Shown piece by piece: positions 37,767-47,020 of a DNA stretch of 50,680 bases (the first letter of the stretch is position 1; every line of letters starts with the position of its first letter). The notes under the pieces were generated by a model, which made no database searches, was not told where the DNA came from, and was given only the letters and a program-made list of their open reading frames with translations. The position numbers were made by a program, and so were the translations under genes. The stretch is from Gemmatimonadota bacterium (GTDB taxonomy: Bacteria > Gemmatimonadota > Gemmatimonadetes > Gemmatimonadales > Gemmatimonadaceae): the NCBI GenBank assembly GCA_028876525.1, contig JAGWRI010000097.1, positions 1 to 50,680 on the forward strand, written 5' to 3'.

Positions 37767-39403
37767 GCGAACCGCGACTCCGCCCAGCGCGCCGTCATGG
37801 TGATCGCCAGCACGAGCGCGATGAGGAGCACGCTGTACGCCGCGGCCGTGCCGAACGACAGGCTGCGCAGCTGTGACAGGATCTCCATCGAGATCGGCCG
37901 GTTGCCGTGCGTGTACAGCACGATGCTGGCCACGAACTCTCCCACCGCGGCGACCGACGCCAGCATCGCGCCCGCCACCAGCCCCGGCCGCGCCGCGGGG
38001 AGCACCACGCGGCGCATGGCCAGCCACCACGACGCGCCCAGCCCGCGCGCGGCGTCCTCGATCGTGGGATCCATCTGGCGCAGCGAGCCTTCGATGGCGT
38101 TCGTCACGATGGGAATGTTCCGGATGAAGTACGCGAGGGGCAGGATCCAGAAGGTGCCCACGAGCAGAACCCGCGCCGTGGCCAGCGAGTTCCGGTCGAA
38201 GGTGGCCGCCAGGCCGAGGGCGATCGCCGTCGCCGGGATCGCCCACGGCAGCGCGACCAGCAGGCCGAGCAGCCGCCGGCCCGGCGCCCGCGTGAGCACC
38301 AGCAGATACGCCGCGGCCAGCCCGAACACGACGTTGGCGGCGGTGGCCAACGCCGCCATGCTCACGCTGTTCGTGATCGGCTGCAGCAGATCGGGATCGG
38401 TGCCGAGGCGCCGGAAGTTGTCCAGCGTGTACTGCGGGGGGAGCACCTGCGTGGTCCACGTGCCGTCGCGCGCGAACGAGACCAGCACCACCATGGCGTG
38501 CGGCAGGATGAGGAAGATCACGGCCACGGCGGCGATGACGGGCGTGGCGATTCGCCAGGCCCGTGACTGCACGGGGGCGCGCGTCACGCGCCCCTTCCCG
38601 GCCGCGGCGTATTCGCGCCGGCCCTCGATGCGCCGCAGGACGACGAGTCCGGCCACGGCCGTGAGGGCAAGCATCGCCGTCTCCACGTAGGCCATGGTCA
38701 TCGAGCCGTTCAGCTTCGAGACCAGGATCTGCGTGCTCAACACGCGGATGCCGCCGCCGAAGATGTACGGCGCCGAGAACGAACCCAGCGCGCTCATGAA
38801 CACCAGCAGCGCCGACCCGACGATCGCCGGGGTGAGCAGCGGCAGCGTCACGCGGCGCAGTCGCAGCGCGCGCCCCGCGCCCAGTCCCGCCGCCGCCTCG
38901 TCCAGCGACGTGTCGTACCGCTCGAGACCTGCCGCGACGAACAGGAACACGTAGACGTACATCGTGTACGCGTGCACGAACACGATGGCCCACACCCCGG
39001 TCAGGTTCCACGGCGCCCGCGACAGCCCCAGCGCGTGCTGCACCGCGCGCGTCACGACGCCGCTCTCGCCATAGAGGAACAGGAAGGCGATCACTCCCAC
39101 CAGCGGCGGCAACGCCGCGGGAAGCGTCGCGAACGCGCTCAGCATCCGCCGCCCGCGGAACTCGAACCGCGTGAGCAGGAACGCCAGCGGGATGCCAATG
39201 GCCAGCGCCGCGACGACCGACGCCACCGAGATGATGATCGTGTTGACCAGCGCCTCGTGGTCGGCGGGGCTCCGGAAGAACTCCCGCCAGTCGCGGAAGC
39301 CGTGCGCGAAGCTGCCCGCGACCACCGCCGCGTTCGGATAGACCACGGCCCACGCCAGCAGCGCGAAGACCGCGATCGCCAGCCCGGTGAAGCGCTTCCT
39401 CAC
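37763..39403 (-). CDS. ABC importer permease, fused double (2 x 6 TM) FbpB/ThiP-type
   Basis: 546 aa from GTG at 39403 (VRKRFTGLAIAVF...). Two EAA-like loops (LDEAAAGLGAGRALRLRRVTLP and IEDAARGLGASWWLAMRRVVLP). The start overlaps the ATPase stop (GTGA at 39400-39403). Confidence 0.88.
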   Translation of the reverse strand: MRKRFTGLAIAVFALLAWAVVYPNAAVVAGSFAHGFRDWREFFRSPADHEALVNTIIISVASVVAALAIGIPLAFLLTRFEFRGRRMLSAFATLPAALPPLVGVIAFLFLYGESGVVTRAVQHALGLSRAPWNLTGVWAIVFVHAYTMYVYVFLFVAAGLERYDTSLDEAAAGLGAGRALRLRRVTLPLLTPAIVGSALLVFMSALGSFSAPYIFGGGIRVLSTQILVSKLNGSMTMAYVETAMLALTAVAGLVVLRRIEGRREYAAAGKGRVTRAPVQSRAWRIATPVIAAVAVIFLILPHAMVVLVSFARDGTWTTQVLPPQYTLDNFRRLGTDPDLLQPITNSVSMAALATAANVVFGLAAAYLLVLTRAPGRRLLGLLVALPWAIPATAIALGLAATFDRNSLATARVLLVGTFWILPLAYFIRNIPIVTNAIEGSLRQMDPTIEDAARGLGASWWLAMRRVVLPAARPGLVAGAMLASVAAVGEFVASIVLYTHGNRPISMEILSQLRSLSFGTAAAYSVLLIALVLAITMTARWAESRFA

Positions 39404-40488
39404 GGAGCCGCGGGGGCCACGACGGCCACCGGCTGGCCGCGGAGCCGCACGCCCACCGCGTCGCCCTCGGCGTACCGTCCGTGCTCGCATTGCACTTCCA
39501 GCGGCTCCGGCGCCCCGGGGATCTCGGCCACCCGGTACACGTAATGGTCGCCCGCGAACCGGCGCGTCTGCACCGTGCCGGCCCAGACACCGGCGTCGCC
39601 GGCCGGAGCCAGCGTCAGCGACTCGGGGCGCAGCACGGCCAGGAGCTGCCGCGCCGCGGCGGCGGGCGCCTCCCGCAGCGGGGCCCGCTGCGCGCGCTCG
39701 CCCAGGGTCACCACCGCCTGACCGCCCTCGATCCGCGCCGGCACGAGCGTCCCGCGCCCGACGAAGCGGGCCACGATCGCCGACGCCGGCGCCTGGTACA
39801 GCTCCTCCGGCGTCCCCGTCTGCTCCAGCCGCCCGGCGCACAGCATCGCCACCCGGTCGGCCACCGCGAACGCGTCCTCCTGATCGTGCGTCACGAACAC
39901 CGCCGTGACGTGCAACCGGTGCAGCATCGCCCGCAACTCGTCGCGCGTGGACTGGCGCAGGGTCGGGTCGAGGTTCGACAGCGGCTCGTCGAGCAGCAGC
40001 ACCTTGGGTTCGATCACGAGCGCGCGGGCCAGGGCCACGCGCTGCTGCTCGCCCCCCGACAGCGCCTGGATCGGGCGCGCGCCGTACCCGCCAAGCCCGA
40101 CGCCGGCCAGCGCTTCGGTCGCGCGGGCGCGCCGCTCGGCCTTCGGCACGCGCCGCGCCTCGAGCCCGAACGCGACGTTCTCCTGCACCGTCATGTGCGG
40201 AAACAGCGCGTAGTGCTGGAACACCATGCCGAAGCCGCGGCGCTGCACGGGCTCGCGCGTGATGTCGCGTTCGGTGCCGTCGCCCGAGACCAGCGTGATG
40301 CGACCGGCGTCCGGCGGCTCGTACCCGGCGATGATGCGCAGCGTCGTCGTCTTTCCCGACCCCGACGCGCCGATGAGGGCCAGCAGCTCCCCGGCCCGGA
40401 CCTCGAGGGACAGCGACTCCACCCCCCGCCCCGATCCCTCGTAGCGGCGCGACACCCCGGCCAGGCGCAGCCCGCTCGCTTCGCTCAT
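39400..40488 (-). CDS. ABC importer ATP-binding protein (FbpC/PotA-like)
   Basis: 362 aa. Walker A GASGSGKTT, Q-loop MVFQHYALFPHMTV, signature LSGGEQQRVALARAL, Walker B LLLDEPLS. The ATG at 40488 overlaps the binding-protein stop (ATGA). Confidence 0.92.
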   Translation of the reverse strand: MSEASGLRLAGVSRRYEGSGRGVESLSLEVRAGELLALIGASGSGKTTTLRIIAGYEPPDAGRITLVSGDGTERDITREPVQRRGFGMVFQHYALFPHMTVQENVAFGLEARRVPKAERRARATEALAGVGLGGYGARPIQALSGGEQQRVALARALVIEPKVLLLDEPLSNLDPTLRQSTRDELRAMLHRLHVTAVFVTHDQEDAFAVADRVAMLCAGRLEQTGTPEELYQAPASAIVARFVGRGTLVPARIEGGQAVVTLGERAQRAPLREAPAAAARQLLAVLRPESLTLAPAGDAGVWAGTVQTRRFAGDHYVYRVAEIPGAPEPLEVQCEHGRYAEGDAVGVRLRGQPVAVVAPAAP

Positions 40489-41528
40489 TTGCCGCGCATG
40501 CTGTTGCGGATGTTGGCGTCCCAGTAACGCATCCACACGTCCGTGCTGTCGAGCAGCATGCGCGAATCGCCCGGCATCGGCTTGAGCTGCGGCTCTGCCT
40601 GCCGGTACCACGCGGGGAGCGAGTCCACCGGAATGTCCGTGCGCACCGGAATGCGCACGAACTTCCGTGCCGCATCGAGCAGCGCCGACTCGGTGGTCAC
40701 GAACTCGTAGAACTCCTTCGCCAGCGCCGGATGCTTCGCGCCGTTCACGATCGCGATCGCATCCACCACGATCGGCGTGCCGCTCTTCGGAATCACGTAC
40801 GCAATCGGAAACTCCGACTTGCGCTCCAGCTCGGCGATGTCCGGCATGTCCCACAGACTGATCAGTCCTTCCTGCCGCCCCAGCTTCTGGTAGAGCAGCG
40901 TGGGATTGAGCGTGTACTCGCTGGTCTGGCCGTCCAGGCGGCGCAGCCAGTCCCAACCCGCGGCCTCCGAGCCCGTCTGCGCGATGGACCGGGCCACGAT
41001 GGCGGCGAAGATGGCGCGCATCGAGCCCGAGGCGATCGGATCGCGGATCAGCACCTTGCCCTTCCACTTCGGCGCCAGCACGTCGTCCCAGTCCTGCGGC
41101 GCGTCCGCCTTCGGCACGGCCACCGAGTTGTAGGCGATGACCTCGGGCGTGAGGTACGTCCCGTACCAGAGATCGTGCGGATCGCGCGCGTCGGCCGGCA
41201 CCTGGCCGGCCCACGTCGGCCGGTACGGCTGCAGCAGTCCTTCGCTCGCCGCCCGAGTGAAAATCTCCGACGGTGCCCCGAACCAGACGTCGGCCTGCGG
41301 GTTGGCCTTCTCCGAGCGCAGGCGGTCGAGCACGTCCTGCGATCCCATGTCCACCCACTGCACGTCCACGTCCGGATGCGCCGCCTCGAACTCGTGCGCG
41401 TAGTACGTGAGCAGGTCCTTGCCGTGCGGCGAGTACACGACCAGCGGAATCCGCGAGTCGTGCGCGCAGGCGCCGACCGCGGCCAGCAGCACCGCGATCC
41501 ACCATCCGACCGTTCGACGGGCGCGCAC
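40485..41528 (-). CDS. ABC importer periplasmic substrate-binding lipoprotein, Fe(III)/thiamine-type (family 1 SBP)
   Basis: 347 aa from GTG at 41528 (VRARRTVGWWIAVLLAAVGAC, lipobox-like). Core motifs VVYSPHGKDLL, QADVWFGAP, GTYLTPEVIAYN. Substrate assignment is only by family resemblance. Confidence 0.8.
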   Translation of the reverse strand: MRARRTVGWWIAVLLAAVGACAHDSRIPLVVYSPHGKDLLTYYAHEFEAAHPDVDVQWVDMGSQDVLDRLRSEKANPQADVWFGAPSEIFTRAASEGLLQPYRPTWAGQVPADARDPHDLWYGTYLTPEVIAYNSVAVPKADAPQDWDDVLAPKWKGKVLIRDPIASGSMRAIFAAIVARSIAQTGSEAAGWDWLRRLDGQTSEYTLNPTLLYQKLGRQEGLISLWDMPDIAELERKSEFPIAYVIPKSGTPIVVDAIAIVNGAKHPALAKEFYEFVTTESALLDAARKFVRIPVRTDIPVDSLPAWYRQAEPQLKPMPGDSRMLLDSTDVWMRYWDANIRNSMRGK

Positions 41529-41530
41529 CG

Positions 41531-44173
41531 CTACGGCACCAGTTGGTGGTCCGGCCCCTGCGCCGCGCCCGGCCGCGCCGAGAGCAGGTTCACGAACAGC
41601 CGCGCCGCGCCCGGATTCCCCGCCGGCAGTTGCCGGAAGAACGACAGCGTCGCGTACACGAACGTGCCCTTGCCCACCGCCGCCGTGAGAATGCCGGCGT
41701 CGTTCGGCGGCTCGTCGGTGTCGTGCATCGAGAGGATCGCGTGATAACGGGAATCGAAGGTGTGCGGCATGTACGACGACCGTTCCTGCACCCAGTTCGC
41801 GAAGTCCTGCGCCGTGATCTTGTTCGGCACGTTGAGCAGCGGCGACGCCGGGTCGAGGATCGTCACCGCCGCGTCCTCCTCGGTCACCCGGTCGGCCGGC
41901 CGCGACAGCGTGATCGGATAGGGCAGGATTCCGGGGCGCGCCATGCCGTACTGTCCGTACTGCTCCACCAGCGTCCCACCCCGGCCGGCGTAGGCGAGCA
42001 GCCGGCCGTTGCCGGCCCGCAATGCCTCGCTCGCGTCGAACGCGCGGGGCCCCACCACCACGGCCGAGTACTTCGAGAGGTCGGTCTGCGCCACCTCGTC
42101 CGGCTGGACGGTCGTCACGTGCAGGCCGAGCTGCGACAGCATCGGCTCCACGTTGTCGCCCACGCCGGGAACGTAGGCCACGGTCAGGTTGGCCGCGTAC
42201 CGCACGTCCACGGCTTCGATGGTCAGTGTCGCCGGCCGGTAGTAGCGCTGCGTCCGGATGTGCGGGTAATCCACCGTCACGTATCCGGTGGCGAAGCGCT
42301 GCCCGTCGCTCGTCGCCGACACCGACAGGGTGTGGGCGCCGGGAGCGAGCGTGCCGCGCACGCGGAAGTAGAGATCCGCCTCTTCGCCCGGTGCCAGCGT
42401 GAGGCGCCGCGTCGGGCTGTCGGCGGCGAGCCCCGCCGGCGGATCGAGCGTCACCGTCACCGCGCGTGGGCCCGACCACCCCGAGCGCACGGCCACGTGC
42501 TCCACGCGGTCCAGCTTCGTGTCGGCCCGCGCGTACTCGATTTCGCGGTCGAGCCGCACCGTCACCGCGGGCACGAACGCGATCGGCGTGTCCACCTCGC
42601 CGATCGCCGGATCGGCGTAGCGGTGCACGATCGGCGTGATCTCGGTCTCGAATTGCGTGCCGGCGATCTCCAGCCCGACCCGGGCGCCCGAGCCCTCCAC
42701 CCGATCTTCTCCCTCGAGCAGCTGCGGCACGGGCGTGCCCGTGGTGTCGCGCGGATCGCGCAGGCTGAACATGTCGCCCTGCAGCGGATAGCGGAGCCAC
42801 CATGGCATCGTGGGCTCGCCGCGCGGCGCCAGCGTGTACGTCTGCTCCGCCAGATCGCCGGGCGCGATCGTCCGCGCCGGACTCTCGTCGTTGCGGCCGA
42901 AGCATTGCACCGGCGTCGCGCCGTGGTTCACCACCGTGATCGTCACCGGCGCGCTGTCGCCGATCGCGATCAGGTCGCGCGGCGCCGTGGCCAGGAGCTG
43001 CACGCCCGACGCCAGCAGCAATGCCTGCCTCGCCCGCCGCGCCTGCTCGTCCATCGTCGTCGCGAAGTCGCCCATCGCGCCGGAGCACACCGGCACCGGC
43101 ATCCCGGGCGCGCGGCACGACGCCGGCGCGCCCGCCCGGGCGCGCTCGACCAGCGCCAGGTACCGCGCGATCGGCGCCACCATCGTCGACGGATTCACCA
43201 GGCTCACGTGCCGTCCGACCTCGGCTCGCGCCGCGTCCAGCGAGTCGAGCGCCGAGCGCGCCCCGCCCGGGAGCGGCAGCGACGCAAAGCGTCCGAAGCT
43301 GGAATCCACCCCGGCGAACAGCGACGAATCGTGCCGCGGCGCGGACGCCGCGCGCGATTCCTCGAGACGCACGTAATCCATCCGGTCGTCCAGCGGCGCC
43401 ATGTTGCCCTGCCCCTGGGACCGATGCTGCGACCGGCTCTCCGCGGCGAGTGCCGCGTACGTCCGGCCGGCCAGGGCGTCGTACGCCCCGACGTCGAACG
43501 CGATCGCGCCCTCCGGCGGCGGCGCGCCGCGCGCCCGCCCGCCGAACACGCGCGCCGAGCGATAGAACAGCGTCGGCGTCCAGCCGCCCAGCCCGTTCGT
43601 GGCCGAGCGCGGGTAGCGCACGGTGTCGCCGGCCAGGTCGAACGCGATCCTGGACAGGATCCCCGACACCTGATGGTGCCCGTGCCCGTCGCGCGGCGTC
43701 CCCGACCACACCGAGATCACGACCTGCGGCCGGAAGGCGCGGATCACGCTGATCATGTCGCGGAGAATCGAATCGCGCGGCCAGTGCTTGAACGTCTCGG
43801 CGGCCGTCTTCGAGAACCCGAAGTCGTAGGCGCGCGTGAAGTACTGCCGTCCACCGTCGATGCGGCGCGCCGACAGCAGCTCCTGCGTCCGTATCATGCC
43901 GAGCAGCGGGCCCAGCTCGTTGCCGATCAGGTTCTGCCCGCCGTCGCCGCGGGTGAGCGACAGATACGCGGTTTCGACGTGCCGTCCGGTGGCCAGGTAC
44001 GCGATGAGCTGCGTGTCTTCGTCGTCGGGATGCGCTCCGATCATCAGCACGCGCACCGACGTTCCCAGCCCTTCGACCGCCTCGCCCAGCGCGGCGGCGC
44101 CGCGGTCTTGCGCGATCACGATCCGCGGCGCGGCCATCAGTGCCGCGACGATCACGAGAAAACGAATTCGCAC
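41531..44173 (-). CDS. secreted PIG-L/LmbE-family de-N-acetylase with about 600-aa uncharacterised C-terminal region
   Basis: 880 aa from GTG at 44173 (MRIRFLVIVAALMAAPRIVIAQ signal peptide). PIG-L signature VLMIGAHPDDED, then LSLTRGDGGQN and GHGHHQ. No motif I recognise after about residue 270. Confidence 0.85.
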   Translation of the reverse strand: MRIRFLVIVAALMAAPRIVIAQDRGAAALGEAVEGLGTSVRVLMIGAHPDDEDTQLIAYLATGRHVETAYLSLTRGDGGQNLIGNELGPLLGMIRTQELLSARRIDGGRQYFTRAYDFGFSKTAAETFKHWPRDSILRDMISVIRAFRPQVVISVWSGTPRDGHGHHQVSGILSRIAFDLAGDTVRYPRSATNGLGGWTPTLFYRSARVFGGRARGAPPPEGAIAFDVGAYDALAGRTYAALAAESRSQHRSQGQGNMAPLDDRMDYVRLEESRAASAPRHDSSLFAGVDSSFGRFASLPLPGGARSALDSLDAARAEVGRHVSLVNPSTMVAPIARYLALVERARAGAPASCRAPGMPVPVCSGAMGDFATTMDEQARRARQALLLASGVQLLATAPRDLIAIGDSAPVTITVVNHGATPVQCFGRNDESPARTIAPGDLAEQTYTLAPRGEPTMPWWLRYPLQGDMFSLRDPRDTTGTPVPQLLEGEDRVEGSGARVGLEIAGTQFETEITPIVHRYADPAIGEVDTPIAFVPAVTVRLDREIEYARADTKLDRVEHVAVRSGWSGPRAVTVTLDPPAGLAADSPTRRLTLAPGEEADLYFRVRGTLAPGAHTLSVSATSDGQRFATGYVTVDYPHIRTQRYYRPATLTIEAVDVRYAANLTVAYVPGVGDNVEPMLSQLGLHVTTVQPDEVAQTDLSKYSAVVVGPRAFDASEALRAGNGRLLAYAGRGGTLVEQYGQYGMARPGILPYPITLSRPADRVTEEDAAVTILDPASPLLNVPNKITAQDFANWVQERSSYMPHTFDSRYHAILSMHDTDEPPNDAGILTAAVGKGTFVYATLSFFRQLPAGNPGAARLFVNLLSARPGAAQGPDHQLVP

Positions 44174-44230
44174 GCCACCCTCACCGGATTGCGGGACTGT
44201 TCGCTCGGAGCACGCCCCCGGGGCGCCCTC

Positions 44231-46996
44231 CTACGGAGAGACCTTCACAGCCTTCCGGCGCGGGGAGACCGCCGGCGTCAGCGTGAGCGCATCGCTCACG
44301 ATCCGTGCCTGCTCGCGCGCGTGCACCGAAGGATAACCCTCGGCCGGGCTCGCGCGTTCCGGACGGCCCACGTAGCGCACCGGGAGCTGCGTCCCGGTCG
44401 ACGCGCGCAGCCGCGGCGACACGTACGTCCACGCCCCCATGTTCCGGGGCTCTTCCTGGGCCCACACGACGTCCTCGACGTTCGGGTACGCGTCCACGAT
44501 GGCCGCGATCGCCTCGTGCGGCCAGGGGGCCAGCTCCTCCACCCGGATCAGCGCCACCCCGGGCTCCTCGCCGCCTTTGGTCCACGCCTCGAGCATGTCG
44601 TAGTAGATCTTTCCGGCGCAGAACACCAGGCGCCGCACCTCGGTCCGCCGCGCCACGGCGCGCGGGTCGTCCAGCACCGGCTGGAACCGTCCCGCGGTCA
44701 GTACGTCGAGATGCGACTGCGCGGCCGGGAGGCGGAGCAGCGATTTCGGTTGCATTACCACCAGCGGCCGGCGCAGCGCCCGCTTGGCCTGGCGCCGCAG
44801 GAGGTGGAAGTACTGCGCCGGCGTGGACGGATACGCCACCGACAGGTTCTCCTCGGCGGCAAGCTGGAGGTACCGCTCGAGGCGGGCGCTCGAGTGCTCG
44901 GGCCCCTGGCCCTCGTACCCGTGCGGCAGGAGCAGCACGAGCGCCGAGTCCTGGCCCCACTTCGAGTGTCCGGCCGAGACGAACTGGTCCACGATCGGCT
45001 GGGCGACGTTGGCGAAATCGCCGTACTGCGCCTCCCACAACACCACGTCGTGGGGCGCCGCGATGCTGAACCCGTACTCGAACCCCATCACGGCCAGCTC
45101 CGAGAGCGGGCTGTTATAGATCTCGAACGGCGCCCGCCGCTCCCTGAGGTGCGCCAGCGGGACGTACGTCGCCCCGGTCGTCACGTCGTGCACCACCGCC
45201 TGGCGGTGCGAGAACGTACCGCGCTCGGCGTCCTGCCCCGTCAGGCGGACGCCCAGCCCGTCGGCCAGCAGCGACGCGAACGCCAGCGCTTCGGCATGGC
45301 CCCAATCGATGGCGCCCGTCTCCAGCCCCTCGCGCCGCCGCGCCAGCGTGCGCTGCAGCGTCGGGTGCAGCGTGAATCCCGCCGGCCAGCTCAGCAGCTC
45401 CTCGTTGTAGGCCGCGAGCCGGCGCGCGTCGACCGCCGTCTCCGGATGGTCCCATCGGGGTCCGTGCGCCTCCACCGCCGCGGCTTCCGGCTCCTCGCGC
45501 TTCGCCTTCACTTCCCTGAAGGTTTCGGCGAACCCGTCGGCCACCGCCCGGTCCAGCGCCTTCACCTCGTCCTCGGTCACCACGCGCTCGCGCACCAGCC
45601 GGGCCCCCCACACCTCGCGGGCCGTGGGGTGGGTCTTGATCAGGTCGTACATCCGCGGCTGCGTGAACGCCGGCTGGTCGGCCTCGTTGTGGCCGTGCCG
45701 CCGGTACCCCACGAGGTCTATTAAGAAATCCTTATGGAACCGCTCGCGGTACCGCATCGCCAGCCGGACCGCGAACATGCACGCCTCGAGGTCGTCCGCG
45801 TTCGCGTGGACGATCGGCACCTCGAACCCCTTGGCCAGGTCGCTCGCGTAGTGCGTCGAGCGCGCGTCGGTCGGATCGGTGGTGAACCCCACCTGGTTGT
45901 TCGTGATGATGTGGAGCGTGCCGCCCACCCGGTACCCGCGCAGGAGCGCCAGGTTGAACGTCTCGGCCACCACCCCCTCGCCCGGGAACGCGGCGTCGCC
46001 GTGCACGCAGATCGGGAGCACGGCGCCCTCGTCCTGCGCGCCGGGGTCGCCGGCGTCGCGCTCCAGCGCCCGCGCCGCGCCCATCATCACCGGATTCACC
46101 AGTTCGAGATGGCTCGGGTTCGGCACCAGCTCCAGATGCAGCGTCCGGTCGGCCAGCGTCCGCTCGGCCCGATAGCCCAGATGGTACTTCACGTCGCCCG
46201 AACGATTCGGATCCGGCGACACGCGCTCGCCGGCGAATTCGGCGAACAGATCGCCGGCCGGCTTGCCCATCACGTGCCGCAGGACGTTCAGCCGCCCGCG
46301 GTGCGCCATGCCGAGCACGACCGTGCGCACGCCGCTCTGCGCCCCGTGGGCGATCGCCTCGTCGAGCATCGGCACCAGCGCGTCCACGCCCTCGATCGAG
46401 AACCGCTTCGCGTTCACGAACGCCAGCCCGAGGAACCGCTCCAGGCCGTCCACCTCGGTCAGGCGGCGCAGCAGCGCGGTCTTCTCCTCCGGCGTGAGCG
46501 GCGCCGTGAACGTGCCGCGCTCGATCTGCTGGCGGATCCACAGCCGCTCGTGCTCGTCGCTCACGTGCACGAACTCGTACGCCAGACTGCCGCAGTACCA
46601 GGCGCGGCGCTTCGCCACGACGTCGGCCGCCGTGCCCTCGGCCTCGCCCAGTGCCGTGGCCGGCACGTCGCGCAGGTCGGCTTCCGTGATCCCGTGGTAC
46701 TCGGGGGTCAGCTCCGCCGCGCCGTGCGGCGGCGTGCCCAGCGGATCGATCGGCACCGCGTAGTGGCCGTACCGGCGAATCGCCGCCACGAGCGCTCCCG
46801 CGCCCGCCGCCTTGCGCAGCTGCTCCGCGTCGTGGCCGCCCGCGACCGGCGCCGGCGCGGCCCCGCCCAGCGACTCCGCGAACCGGAAGAACTGGCGCCA
46901 CGATTCGTCCACCGACGCCGGATCGCGCCGATAGGCCTCGTAGACCTCGGCGATGTAGCCATCGTTGAATACGCTGGAAATCGGAACCCCGCTCAT
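44231..46996 (-). CDS. sucA: 2-oxoglutarate dehydrogenase E1 component
   Basis: 921 aa, ATG at 46996. Typical N-terminus NDGYIAEVYEAYRRDPASVDESWRQFF. Motifs MAHRGRLNVL, GDVKYHLG, HGDAAFPGEGVV, GYRRHGHNEADQP, LLLPHGYEGQGPEHSSARLERYLQ. Confidence 0.95.
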   Translation of the reverse strand: MSGVPISSVFNDGYIAEVYEAYRRDPASVDESWRQFFRFAESLGGAAPAPVAGGHDAEQLRKAAGAGALVAAIRRYGHYAVPIDPLGTPPHGAAELTPEYHGITEADLRDVPATALGEAEGTAADVVAKRRAWYCGSLAYEFVHVSDEHERLWIRQQIERGTFTAPLTPEEKTALLRRLTEVDGLERFLGLAFVNAKRFSIEGVDALVPMLDEAIAHGAQSGVRTVVLGMAHRGRLNVLRHVMGKPAGDLFAEFAGERVSPDPNRSGDVKYHLGYRAERTLADRTLHLELVPNPSHLELVNPVMMGAARALERDAGDPGAQDEGAVLPICVHGDAAFPGEGVVAETFNLALLRGYRVGGTLHIITNNQVGFTTDPTDARSTHYASDLAKGFEVPIVHANADDLEACMFAVRLAMRYRERFHKDFLIDLVGYRRHGHNEADQPAFTQPRMYDLIKTHPTAREVWGARLVRERVVTEDEVKALDRAVADGFAETFREVKAKREEPEAAAVEAHGPRWDHPETAVDARRLAAYNEELLSWPAGFTLHPTLQRTLARRREGLETGAIDWGHAEALAFASLLADGLGVRLTGQDAERGTFSHRQAVVHDVTTGATYVPLAHLRERRAPFEIYNSPLSELAVMGFEYGFSIAAPHDVVLWEAQYGDFANVAQPIVDQFVSAGHSKWGQDSALVLLLPHGYEGQGPEHSSARLERYLQLAAEENLSVAYPSTPAQYFHLLRRQAKRALRRPLVVMQPKSLLRLPAAQSHLDVLTAGRFQPVLDDPRAVARRTEVRRLVFCAGKIYYDMLEAWTKGGEEPGVALIRVEELAPWPHEAIAAIVDAYPNVEDVVWAQEEPRNMGAWTYVSPRLRASTGTQLPVRYVGRPERASPAEGYPSVHAREQARIVSDALTLTPAVSPRRKAVKVSP

Positions 46997-47020
46997 GGCG
47001 AGGGAATCTAATCAGCCCCC

